A stretch of 64,000 bases of DNA, from positions 43,588,001-43,652,000 of the forward strand of contig CM059432.1 in assembly GCA_030390025.1 (NCBI GenBank). Reading direction: 5' to 3'. Each line of letters begins with the position of its first letter. The first letter of the stretch is position 1. A program made the position numbers and the translations under genes. The notes beneath the pieces were generated by a model, which worked only from the letters and a program-made list of their open reading frames with translations, ran no database searches and was not told the DNA's origin. This DNA comes from Squalus acanthias. Its lineage: Eukaryota. Below, piece after piece: positions 12,627 to 24,842 of the stretch.

Positions 12627-14454
12627 ACATAGAAACATAGAAAAATAGGAGCAGGAGCAGGCCATTCGGCCCTTCGAGCCTGCTCCTCCATTCAATATGA
12701 TCATGGCTGATCCTCTCTCTCAATACCATATTCCCCCTCTCTCCCCATACCCCTTGATGCCTTTTGTGTCTAGAAATCTATCTATCTTCTTCTTAAATAT
12801 ATTCAGTGACTTGGCCTTCAAAGCCTTCTGTGGCAGAGAATTCCACAGGTTCACCACCCTCTGAGTGAAGAAATTTCTCCTCATCTCAGTCCTAAATGTC
12901 CTACCCCGTATCCTGAGACTGTGACCCCTTGTTCTAGACCCCCCAGCCAGGGGAAACATCCTCGCTGCATCCAGTCTGTCTATCCCTGTCAGAATTTTAT
13001 ATGTTTCAATGAGATCCCCTCTCATTCTTCTAAACTCTAGTGAATACAGGCCTAGTCAACCCAATCTCTTCTCATACGACAGTCCTTCCATCCCAGGAAT
13101 CAGTCTGGTGAACCTTCGCTGCACTCCCTCTATGGCAAGTATATCCTTTCTTAGGTAAGGAGACCAAAGCTGCACACAGTACTCCAGGTGTGGTCTCACC
13201 AAGGCCCTGTATAACTGTAGTAAGACATCCTTGCTCCTGTACTCAAATCCTCTTGAAATGAAGGCCAACATACCATTTGCCTTCCTAACTGCTTGCTGCA
13301 CCTGCATGTTTGCTTTCAGTGACTGGTGTACAAGGACACCCAGGTCCCTTTGCACATCAACATTTCCCAATCTAGCACCATTTAAATAAATTTCTGTTTT
13401 TCCTACTGAAGTGGATAACTTCACATTTATCCATGTTATACTGCATCTGTCATGTAATTGCCCACTCACTCAACTTGTCTAAATCGCCTTGAAGCCTCTT
13501 TGCATCCTCCTCACAACTCACAATCTCACCTAGTTTTGTGTCGTCAGCAAACTTGGAAATATTACATTTGGTTCCCTCATCCAAATCATTGATATATATT
13601 GTGAATAGCTGGGGCCCAAGCACTGATCCCTGTGGTACCCCACTAGTCATCGCCTGCTACCCCAAAAAAGACCCATTTATTCCTACTCTCTGCTTCCTGT
13701 CTGTTAACCAATTTTCAATCCATGCCAGTATATTACCCCCAATCCCATGTGCTTTAATTTTGCATACTAACCTCTTATGTGGGACTTTATCAAAGGCCTT
13801 CTGAAAATCCAAATACACCACATCCACTGGTTCTCCCTTATCTATTCTACCAGTTACATCCTCAAAAAACTCCAGTAGGTTTGTCAAACACGATTTCCCT
13901 TTCATAAATCCATGTTGACTTTGTCTAATCCCGTTGATATTTTCTAAGTGTCCTGTTATCACATCCTTTATAATAGACTCTAGCATTTTCCCTACTACTG
14001 ATGTTAGGCTAACCGGTCTGTAGTTCCCTGTTTTCTCTCTCCCTCCTTTTTTAAATAGTGGGGTTACATTTGCCACCCTCCAATCTGCAGGAACTGTTCC
14101 ATAATCTATAGAATTTTGGAAGATGACAACCAATTCATCCACTATTTCCATGGCTACCTCTTTTAGTACTCTGGGATGCAGATTATCAGGCCCTGGGGAT
14201 TTATCAGTTTTCAGTCCCATTAATTTCTCCAGCACTATTATTTTACTAATACTAATTTCCTTTAATTCCTCCTTCTCACTAGACCCTTGGTTCCCTAGCA
14301 TTTCTGGGAAGTTATTTGTGTCCTCTTCTGTGAAGACAGAACCAAAGTATTTGTTTAATTGCTCAGCCATTTCCTTGTTCCCCAGTATAAATTCTCCTGT
14401 TTCTGACTATAAGGGACCTATATTTGTCTTCACTAATCTTTTTCTTTTTACATA
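12627..14454 (-). mobile_element. CR1 LINE, 5'-truncated (RT domain and 3' tail)
   Basis: KSPGPD...NYRPVSLTS...YLDFQKAFDKVPH...[10 protein letters not shown]...FADDTK. (TTTCTATG)n tail at ~12627. Confidence 0.95.
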
Positions 14455-14689
14455 CATAACATAGTCTGAGTCAGAAACAGTTTAAACACAAAAGAACATC
14501 CTATAACAAGATCATATCCATAGCAAAACCCTTCATGAAAATACTACAATAATAGCAACATTAAAACATTATTTTCATAAACCATAAATTATACTGACAA
14601 GGGTAGAAATTACTGTTGCTGATGTCACTATATGAATGCCTAATACACTCATTCTAAATTCTTCTCTCCACTATTTGAACAGCATTATT

Positions 14690-15574
14690 AGAAGAAAACT
14701 GCAGACTGCAGGAAGGTATCAATGGACTGTTCAGGTGGGCAGAACAATGGCAAATGGAATTCAATCTGGAGAAGTGTGAGGTAATACATTTGGGGAGGGC
14801 TAACAAGGCAAGAGAATACACTATAAATGGTAGGACACGGAGAAGTGCAGAAGATCAGAGGGACCTTGGAGTGCATGTCCACAGATCCCTGAAAGTAGCA
14901 GGACAGGTAGATAAGTTGGTTAAGAAGGCATACGGGATACTTGCCTTTATTAGCCGAGGCATAGAATATAAGAGCAGGGAAGTTATGCTTGAACTGTATA
15001 AAACATTAGTTAGGCCGCAGCTGGAATACTGCGTGCAGTTCTGGTCACCACATTACAGGAAGGATGTGATTGCACTAGAGAGGGTGCAGAGGAGATTTAC
15101 GAGGATGTTGCCTGGGCTGGGGAATTTTAGCTATGAGGAAAGATTGGATAGGCTGGGGTTGTTTTCTTTGGAACAGAGGAGGCTGAGGGGAGACCTAATT
15201 GAGGTGTATAAAGTTATGAGGGGCCTAGATAGAGTGGATAGGAAGGACCTATTTCCCTTAGTAGAAGGGTCAATAACCAGGGGGCATAGATTTAAAGCAA
15301 TTGGTCGGAGATTTAAGGGATTTGAGGAGAAATTTTTTCACCCAGAGGGTGGTGATGGTCTGGAACTCACTGCCTGAAAGGGTGGTAGAGGCAGAGACCC
15401 TCATCACATTTAAAAAGTACTTGGATATGCACTTGAAGTGCAGTAACCTACAAGACTACGGACCAAGTGCTGGAAAGTGGGATTAGGGTGGATAGCTCTT
15501 TGTCGGCCGGCACAGACAAGATGGGCCGAATGGCCTCCTTCTGTGCTGTAAATTTCTATGATGATTCTATGATT
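14690..15574 (+). mobile_element. CR1 LINE 3' fragment
   Basis: ORF 14754..15377 is a CR1 ORF2 C-terminus. TTCTATGA-type tail at ~15553-15574. Confidence 0.93.
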
Positions 15575-16658
15575 AGCATATTTGTTTTAAATGAGCTAAT
15601 GCCACCATTAAAATAGTACAATAGGAAGTTGGTACAAGCTTGTCAGGAATTTGTACAATAACTTCACCAATCGTAATCTGTACCCCTTTAAGCTCTAGCC
15701 CAAACTCACAGCCTAACAATATTTGCTTAAAAATAGAATTTTGGAAAGAAGTAAAATAATTTTAGAGAACAGGCTTAGAAATAATGCTGATCATTTTCTA
15801 CAAATAAGACATATCCAGAAACACTTCTCTTATCCTTTCCAGTAAGACCTAGGATTTGGCTCATACGCAGCCACAAATTGTGGAATGTGCTACAAATGAC
15901 TGGTTTCACAGCTGCCAGCAGAATTCTCAAATCTAAACTCAGGTTGGATTACCGCCTGCTCAGCCAAAGTTTATCACAATATTGTTTTGCTGGTGAACTT
16001 GTTCAAATGTTTTAGGACCTGTTGGAACCATGGCTTGCAACCAGGCCTGTGGATAAGCTTAGTGTTGGCTTCGAGCCCTTAGAACTACTTTGGTTTTAAT
16101 CCCTTTGTGAATCTTTTCACTAAATGCATTATTACCTCCAACACAAAACAAGCTGACAGAGTTAGATGTAGATGTGACATCTGTAGAACCCTAGTTCCCT
16201 AGACATATCTGAAGAGGATTTGAGTAGTTAGGCTTTTTTTCAGCTCTTCTGAACACTTCTCTGGTGTCACCTCCTCACTGATAATGCTATTATTTTCACC
16301 ATGTGAAGCCCGTACTCTATTCTGTGTAGTAGGAGATTCAAGTTCTCCTCACGTATGGAGGGAAAAGGTTCCTGTTGCTGCTGTTGCTCTTGCTTCTGGG
16401 AGATGCCAGTGACCAGAGTTCTGAATCCTTCACCCGTGCAGAGAATAAATGAGTCAGTGGAAAACATATTTAATATTTCTGTGCTGTCATAGCAGTATAA
16501 GTTACATAAATGTCTTTCTTTATTGCCAGATTCAATGATACTTGCCACAGATGTACTGAATACTAAGCACTTGCCACCTATGTCGGGATCTACATATCTT
16601 GTTAGAGGAATGGGGCTTCTCAGATTGGGAAGACTTATTCCTAGAAGTCCTGCAGCCA

Positions 16659-17090
16659 ACAGAAACATGCCTTTTGGCCCAACTGGTCTATGCTGGTGCT
16701 TATGCTCCACATGAGCCTCCTCCCACCCCTCTTCATCTAATCCTATCAGCATATCTTTCTATTCCTTTCTCCCTCATGTGCTTATCTAGCTCCCCCTTAA
16801 ATGCATATATGCTATTTGTCACAATTATTCCATGTGGCAGCGAGTTCAACATTCTTACCACTCTTTAGGTAAAGACATTTCTCCTGAATTCCATATTGGT
16901 GACTATCTTATAATTATGGCCCCTAGTTTTGGTCTCCCCCACAAGTGGAAACATCTTCTCTGCATTTACTCTATCAAACCTCTTCATAATTTTTAAAGAC
17001 CTTTTTTAGGTCACCCCTGAGCCATCACTTTTCTAGAGAAAAAAGCCCCAGCCTGTTCAACCTTTCCTGATAAGTATATCCTCTCAGTTC
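16659..17090 (-). mobile_element. Degraded CR1 3' fragment
   Basis: Nucleotide similarity to the 3' ends of the other minus-strand CR1 copies. Confidence 0.75.
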
Positions 17091-18402
17091 TACAAGACAG
17101 GACAGAATGCACCTCCAATCTCTGGTGCTGCTTTTCACTCTAAAATTACATACCAGCATGGACTAGAAGAAGCAAAGTGCTTAATTAAAAAAAAACGGGT
17201 GCTGACAGTGGAAAGAGGAATTTGCTACAGCAATTTATATTCTTAAGAGGTAAATGCACTCAGTCCATCCTCCCACAACCGGCGAGCTGCAGCTGAGCGC
17301 CCGTTTGACGTCCAATGCTCACTGGCTGCATTCAAATGAGGCCCGAGACTGAAAGAGTTGGCGCATCCTGATGCTGGCTTTGGGAGGGAGGCACAGCTGC
17401 TCTGCCAACTTCTCGCCATTTCAGGTCTGAGTCAAAAATTCAACCCCCGCCCCCTTGCCCCACCACTCCAGTGTCCACTTCTCAACACTTCCCAGGGAAA
17501 AATCAGGATGGATTTACATTTTTGAACCATCATAGCTCACTTTTTGTGCCCAGGATCTGCTGCAGCGTATGGTGGGAACAATTTATTGTTTTTTAGTGGG
17601 AGAGCTGGGTGATCGATTTGACCAGACTCAGATTTAGCATAAGCTCTTGTGTGATAAACTTTCATCTGAATTGCTATTTTTTTTTATCACAGTGCAGTGA
17701 AATATTGATTCTAGTCACACCACAATTAATATTATTAATTACTACAATTATCATCTTTATTTATTAAAATTGAAGATTTTATTCACATTTCAGTGAACCA
17801 TTGATTTTGCTCATAATGTAACTATCAGTTCAATCACACTACAATTAATTATTTTACCTGACAGAACATACTGGCACAGTCATGAGTCCAGTCAAATGTC
17901 CCTCACCTCTTTCCCTCTCCACCAATGACCAGTAATCAGTCCCACAAATCCAGGAGTACTGGAGCCCAGCACTACATGCACAGTAGCTCATGGGGAACCG
18001 CCGAGGAGCACAGAAGCTTGAATCTGTATTTGCAAGAGTAAAGAAGAGGACACTGGGTCCGAAATGCTTACTATTTAAAGAGGTAATGGTTGGCATGTGT
18101 CGTTAAAGAGCCCTTTATTAACAGGTGGAATGATACAGGTTCTGTGGTAATGCAGTTCATAATGTGGTAATTAATCAAGAGCCTGTGCAGTCACATCTCA
18201 TGAACAAGAGAAGGTAGTAGGCACCATAATCCACATCTGATTCACTTATAAGGTTTCCAATTCATAGCTTTTAGTCATCCTATTCCTGCTGAAATTCAGC
18301 TAGTTTCCTCATGATGCCTCCTTTTCTATTGATGTCAATAGACCTAGGTTTACATAATTCTGTTTGAATGGAACCAAAAACGCAAGTCTTGTACAATCAA
18401 TA

Positions 18403-18485
18403 ATTGGTACCACTCTCACCTCAGAAGATTGTGTGTTCACATCCTACTCCAGGATGTGGATACCTAATCTAAGGTAGTGCTCCAA
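18403..18485 (+). mobile_element. Degraded tRNA-derived SINE head (DeuSINE/SacSINE-like)
   Basis: TGGTACCACTCTCACCTCAGAAGATTGTGTGTTCACATCCTACTCCAG with decayed A/B boxes. Family assignment from memory. Confidence 0.45.
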
Positions 18486-18497
18486 TGAAACACTTAG

Positions 18498-19540
18498 GGC
18501 TGGATTTTGCAGGGGGGGGGGGGGTCAGCGGGCGCGATCGGTGGTGGGTCGGGTGGGAAAGTAGTTTTTTTCCCCAGCGGGTCGGGACCCCGCTGTCAAC
18601 CCGCCACCACGCACCTTTCCCCAATGTCGGGTCTGTCAGTGCTGAGCAGACCCGACACGCAGCGGCGGGTTCACAGTGGGCGACCCAATTCAGGTAATTA
18701 GTGGCTTATTTAGAGCCACTTTAAAAAACATTTGAGCTCACCTTCTGCATTTGACAGCTCGCCCAAGGTGTCCACGCTGGTCGTGGACCATGTCTGTCGA
18801 GCTGAGGCGGGAGTTCAGTGGCCATTGAATCAGCTGTTGAGTTGACAGCTTCAAATGTAAAGTAAAAGCTCCCACCTTACAGAGATATCTTCCCTCAGCC
18901 ACAAACTTTTCCTCACTGCATTTCCACAACAGATTCACCATGCTGCAAGTCTTTACACAAGTCTCCATCCAGTCTGATCTCATTACCTCTCTCACCATTA
19001 ACAGATCGCTTCTGTCATCTCTACTTCACCTGCCATCTATCCCATCAGCATGGGTGCCCTTGAAACTCTTCACCTCAGTCCTCAGAATCCTACCACGATC
19101 AGCCCCAACGCCAGCAGCACCAGGCACCCCAGCAGCACCAAAAACAACAGCACCAACCTTCTCCGCAATCAACTAATGCTGCACAGGACAGAGGGCATCA
19201 GCACCCGACCACATTGCTGCCCGGGAGACCAGGGATGGCCTCACCATGGCCAGATTTACTTCACTTGATGCTGTACACCCTGGCTGCCACATGATGCACC
19301 AGGTTGACACCACCCCACACCAACACCATAAAGCATCCCTACAATGCTCAAGCCATTCCTTTCACACTCATCACCATTGCAGGGGGTACCATTATATCTC
19401 ATCATTCACTGCAACTCACTAAGCCACTTACAAAGGTGCACACAAATCTGTCCAAGTATGCAAAGTGTTGAAAATACCTGCTATCCACTCCTCCACTGGT
19501 TTCCTGCCTGATAGGCAGCCAGCCTGTCAATCAGACCCGA
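18498..19540 (+). mobile_element. Harbinger family B non-autonomous fragment with internally deleted transposase
   Basis: TIR GGGCTGGATTTTG at 18498. Homologous to 63165-64000. Transposase N-terminus joined to its last ~18 codons at ~19200. Confidence 0.8.
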
Positions 19541-19554
19541 AGAAAAGGTTGAGT

Positions 19555-19614
19555 GAACCCTGCGGAGATTTGAACCCATGCCCCAGTATAATGCTCGAAC
19601 AACTGAGCTACCCT
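19555..19614 (-). other. tRNA-like remnant (SINE head or tRNA pseudogene)
   Basis: Minus strand GGGTAGCTCAGTTGTTCGAGCA...GGGTTCAAATCTCC has A and B boxes. Anticodon arm appears missing. Confidence 0.6.
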
Positions 19615-20978
19615 GTGTTATGGCAAACTACACAGAAGAGAAGTTTAAATGATTAAAAATAGGAAAGGGGAGAAGAAGAAAGGCAAAGTGAACATAAGAA
19701 CATAAGAATTAGGAGCAGGAGTAGGCCATACGGCCCCTCAAGCCTGCTCCGCCATTCAATAAGATCATTGCTGATCTTTGATCTCAACTCCACTTTCCCG
19801 CCCAATCTCCATATCCCTTGATTCCCCTCGAGTCCAAAAATCTATCTATCTCAGCCTTGGATATACTCAACGGGCTGGATTTTACCTTTCGGTGCGGCCT
19901 AAGGGCGGGACAGCTTCCTTCCAGGTTTCGATCCCGCCCCCCAACAGCGTCCGATGCACAGATGCTATTTTGCGTCGATTGGCCTTGTTAAGCCCGCCTT
20001 GCGGGCTTGCGGGCCAATTAGGAGAAAGCCGGTGTCAGATGACGTCAGTTGATGACGCGTCATCTGCTGGTTTTCTTAAAGGGGCCAAGCACAATTTTTT
20101 TTGACAGGTGATTTTTCAGTGTTTGACAGCACTGAGGAGCTGCAAACACTGACAATCACTGTACAAAGGTGAGCCCTTGCACCCAGACTCTCCAGTGACT
20201 CCCTCCTTAGGCTAGAACAGATGGCAGCTGCAGGTGAGTTTACAGAAGCGATCTATCACTGGTGAGAGAGGTTCTCCCAATGAGGTGGGACTGCACAAAG
20301 ACTTCAAAACTTGTTACCTACAGAAAAGTCTAAATACATTAAAAATGATTTTCCCAACATTTTCTTACCTCTGAAACTCATCAGTGTACCATTGGATCCT
20401 TCACACCACTTCTGCAGCTGTCATCAATGAAGAAACATAACAGTAGACCCACAGCACACCACACTTACCCTAGCGTGGTGTCCGGACGTCGGGAAGCTCG
20501 CCGTAGACCTGTCAAAATTGGAAAAAGCCTGTTAACTGCCTGTTAACTACCTGTTAACAAGCAGTTAAGTGCCTCTAATCCTCTTCCCGCCGCTAGGTGT
20601 CGGGTCCATGCGCAAATCAGGGACCCGACACCCGCGAAGATCGTTCGGAGGCGGACCTGTGTGGGAGCGGCAGCGAGATCGGAGAGAAGGCGGAGCGGCC
20701 ATAAAGGAGCACTGCAAAGGAGTGCTGCGAGTTGGGAAAGAGTCCGAGAGCGGGAGCAGTCAAACAACAACAACTGCGAAACTGCTAAAGTGACGTTACA
20801 AGCAGGGAAGGAGCTGATTGGTAAGTAGGACCTGGTGAGTATTTCTACAGTCGAGTCGTTGAAGTAAAAGTAAGGTCTCTAGTTTAGAGTAAGTAGTGTT
20901 TAAAGTGAAATAAGGTCCCTAGTGTATTTAATATTCTTTAATTTAAAGGAAGTAAAGGGAGTAAGTTAAGGTTAGGAC

Positions 20979-21924
20979 ATGGCAGGGCAGCTCGACAGTG
21001 TGGAGTGCTCCTCCTGTGCTATGTGGGAAGTCAGGGACACTTTTGGTGTCCAGGGCGAACACATGTGCAGGAAGTGTCTCCAGCTGCAGCTACTCGAAAT
21101 CCGCATTTCGGAGCTGGAGCTGCGGCTGGAGTCACTGTGGAGCATCCGCGAAGCTGAGATCTTTGTGGATAGCACATTTAATGAGGTGGTCACACCGCAG
21201 GTAAAGAGTGCACAGGCAGACAGGGAATGGGTGACCGCCAGACAGAGTAAAAGAACTAGGAAGGTAGTGCAGGAGTCCCCTGGGTCCATCTCCCTCTCCA
21301 ACAGATTTTCCATTTTGGATACTGCTGGGGGAAATGGTTTCTCTGGGGAATGCAGCAAGAGCCAAGTCCGTGGCACTACGAGTGGCTCAGCTGCATAGGA
21401 GGGGAGGAAAAAGAGTGGGAGGGCAATAGTGATAGGGGATTCTTTCGTAAGGGGAACAGATAGATGTTTCTGTGGCCGCAGACGTGACTCCAGGATGGTA
21501 TGTTGCCTCCCTGGTGCCAGGGTCAAGGATGTCACTGAACGGCTGCAGGGCATTCTGCAGGGGGAGGGCGAACAGTCAGAGGTCATGGTTCACATTGGTA
21601 CCAACGACATAGGTAGAAAGAGGGATGAGGTCCTGCAACAAGAATTTAGGGAGCTAGGTAGCAGATTAAAAAGCAGGAACTCAAAGGTTGTAATCTCTGG
21701 ATTACTCCCGGTGCCACGTGCTTGTGAGTATAGGAATAGGAGGATAGAACAGATGAATGCGTGGCTAAAGAGTTGGTGCAGGAGGGAGGGCTTTGGTTTC
21801 CTGGATCACTGAGTCTGCTTCTGGGGAAGGTGGGACCTGTACAAGTCAGAAGGATTGCACCTGAACGGGACCAACATCCTTGCGGGGAGGTTTGCTAGTA
21901 CTGTTGGGGAGGGGTTTAAACTAA
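20979..21924 (+). pseudogene. CR1 ORF1: Cys4 zinc finger, leucine-zipper-like coil, SGNH/GDSL esterase
   Basis: CSSC...CRKC, LLEIRISELELRLESL, IGDSFVRG, PGA, HIGTND, EGLHLN. Two internal stops. Confidence 0.9.
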
Positions 21925-22043
21925 CTTGGCAGGGAGATGGGATACGGAATGGAGCTATAGTAGGGGTTGATGCACAGCCAAATATAGAGGAAAAATCAAG
22001 TCAGCCTGGAAGGCAGAGCAAATATGTAACTGCACAAGGGAGT

Positions 22044-24842
22044 ATGGCAAGGCTGGATGGCATTTATTTTAATGCAAGGAGTCTTGTGAGTAAGGCAGAT
22101 GAATTGAAGGTGTTAATGAACACATGGGAGTATAATATTGTTGCTATCACAGAGACATGGTTGAGGGAGGGGCAGGACTGGCAGCTCAATATCCTGGGGT
22201 ATAGAATCTTCAGGCGAGACAGAGGGGGGGTGTAAAAGAGGAGTGGGTGTTGCAATATTAATCAAGGAGTCAATTACTTCTGTAAGGAGGGATGATATCT
22301 TAGCAGGTTCCTCTAATGAGGGTAGAACTTAAAAACAAAAAGGGGCCAAGCACTTTGCTGGGAGTGTACTAGAGGCCCCCAAACAGTCAGGGGGAGATAG
22401 AGGAACAGATATGTAGGCAAATCTCAGAGAAGTGTAGAAACAATAGGGTAATAATAGTAGGGGATTTCAACTTCCCCAATAGTAACTGGGATAGTCAGAG
22501 TGTGAAAGGCTTAGAGGGTGCGGAATTCTTAAAGTGCATCCAGGAGAGCTTTTTGAGCCAGCATGTAGAAAGTCCTACAAGAGAGGAGGCGGTACTGGAC
22601 CTAATTCTAGGGAATGTAGCTGGGCAAGTGGTAGAAGTGTCAGTAGGAGAGCATTTTGGTGACAGTGACCATAATTCGGTGAGATTTAAGGTAGTCATGG
22701 AAAAGGACAAAGATGGACCGGAAATAAAGGTTCTAAATTGGGGGAAGGTCGATTTTAATATGATAAGGCAGGATCTGGCCAAAGTGAATTGGGATAAGCT
22801 ACTTGTAGGAAAATCCACATCAGAGCAGTGGGAGTCTTTCAGAAAGGAAATAGAGAGAGTACAACGCCAATATGTTCCCGTAAAGGTCAAGGGTAGGACC
22901 AATAAGCCCAGGGAACCCTGGATGTCAAGGGATATACAAAAATGGATTAGGAAAAAAAGGGAGGCTTTTGGCAGATACAAAGGACTAAAAACAGTGGAAG
23001 CCCTAGAGGAGTATAGAAAGTGCAGAGGGGTACTTAAAAAAGAAATTAGGAGAGCGAAGAGGGGGCATGTAAAAACACTGGCGGACAAAATAAAGGAAAA
23101 TCCCAAGGTGTTTTATAAGTATATTAAAGGCAAGAGGATAACCAGGGAAAGAGTAGGGCCCATTAGGGACCAAAGTGGCAATCTGTGTGTAGAGCCGGAA
23201 GATGTGGGTGAGGTTTTAAATTAATATTTTGCATCTGTGTTCACTATGGAGAAGGACGATGTAGGCATAGAAATCAGGCAGGGGGATTGTGATATACTTG
23301 AACAAATTAGTATCGAGAGGGAGGAGGTACTAGCTGTTTTAGCGGGCTTAAAAGTGGATAAATCCCCAGGCCCAGGTGAGATGTATCCCAGGCTGCTGTG
23401 TGAGGCAAGTGAGGAGATTGCAGGGGCTCTAACACAAATTTTCAGAACCTCTCTGGCCACAGGGGAGGTGCCAGAGGACAGGAGGACAGCTAATGTAGTA
23501 CCATTATTCAAGAAGGGTAGTAGGGATAAACCAGGGAATTACAGGCCAGTGAGCCTAACATCAGTGGTAGGGAAATTATTGGAAAAATTCTGAGGGACAG
23601 AATTAGTCTCCACTTGGAGAGGCAAGGATTAATCAAGGATAGTCAGCATGGCTTTGTCAGGGGAAGATCATGTCTAACCAATTTGATTGAATTTTTCGAG
23701 GGGGTGACTAGGTGTGTGGATGAAGGTAGTGCAGTTGATGTAGTCTACATGGACTTCAGTAAGGCTTTTGACAAAGTCCCGCATGGGAGACTGGTCAAGA
23801 AGGTAAGCGCCCATGGGATCCAGGGCAATTTGGCACATTGGATCCAAAATTGGCTTAGTGGCAGGAGGCAGATGGTTGAAGGTTGTTTTTGTGACTGGAA
23901 GCCTGTGTCCAGTGGTGTACCGCAGGGATCGGTGCTGGGTCCTTTGCTGTTTGTAGTGTACATTAATGATTTAGATATGAATGTAGGAGGTATGATCAGT
24001 AAGTTTGCAGATGACACGAAAATTGGTGGAGTGGTAAATAGCGAGGAGGGAAGCCTCAGGCTATTGGACTTTATAGACGGGTTGGTCAGATGGGCAGAAC
24101 AGTGGCAAATGGAATTTAACCCTGAAAAGTGTGAGGTGATGCATTTTGGGAGGACTAACAAGGCAAGGGAATACATAATGAATGGTAGGATCCTAGGGAG
24201 GACAGAGGATCAGAGGGACCTTGGTGTGCATGTACATAGATCCCTGAAGGCAGCAGGACAGTAGATGAGGTGGTTAAAAAGGCATATGGGATACTTGCCT
24301 TCATTAGCCGAGGCATAGAATATAAGAGCAGGGAGGTTATGATGGAGTTGTACAAAATGCTAGTTAGGCCACATCTGGAATAGTGTGTGCAGTTCTGGTC
24401 ACCACACTATAGGAAGGCTGTGATTGCATTGGAGAGGGTGCAGAGGAGATTCACCAGGATGTTACCTGGGCTGGAGCGCTTCAACTATGAAGAGAGACTG
24501 GACAGGCTGGGGTTGTTTTCCTTAGAGCAGAGAAGGCTGAGGGGGGACCTGATTGAGGTGTACAAAATTATGAGCGGCATAGATAGGGTAGATAGAAAGG
24601 AACTTTTCCCCTTAGTAGAGGGGTCAATAACCAGGGGGCATAGTTTCAAGGTAAGGGGCAGGAGGTTTAGAGGGGATTTGAGGAAAAACTTTTTCACCCA
24701 GAGGGTGGTTGGAATCTGGAACTCACTGCCTGAAAGGGTGGTAGAGGCAGGAACCCTCACAACATTCAAGAAGCATTTAGATGAGCACTTGAAACGCCAT
24801 AGCATACAAGGCTACGGACCAAGTGCTGGAAAATGGGATTAG
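22044..24842 (+). pseudogene. CR1 ORF2: APE endonuclease plus reverse transcriptase, disrupted
   Basis: YFNARSL, AITETWL, GDFN, LDLIL, SDHN (endonuclease). [21 protein letters not shown] (RT). Confidence 0.94.

Noticed and set aside
16267..16752. 161-aa minus-strand ORF as a host gene
   Set aside because: Starts inside a CR1 3'UTR. The remainder may be decayed Harbinger N-terminus. No splice or domain support.
19555..19614. Functional tRNA gene
   Set aside because: Only ~60 nt with no complete anticodon arm; kept as a tRNA-derived remnant.
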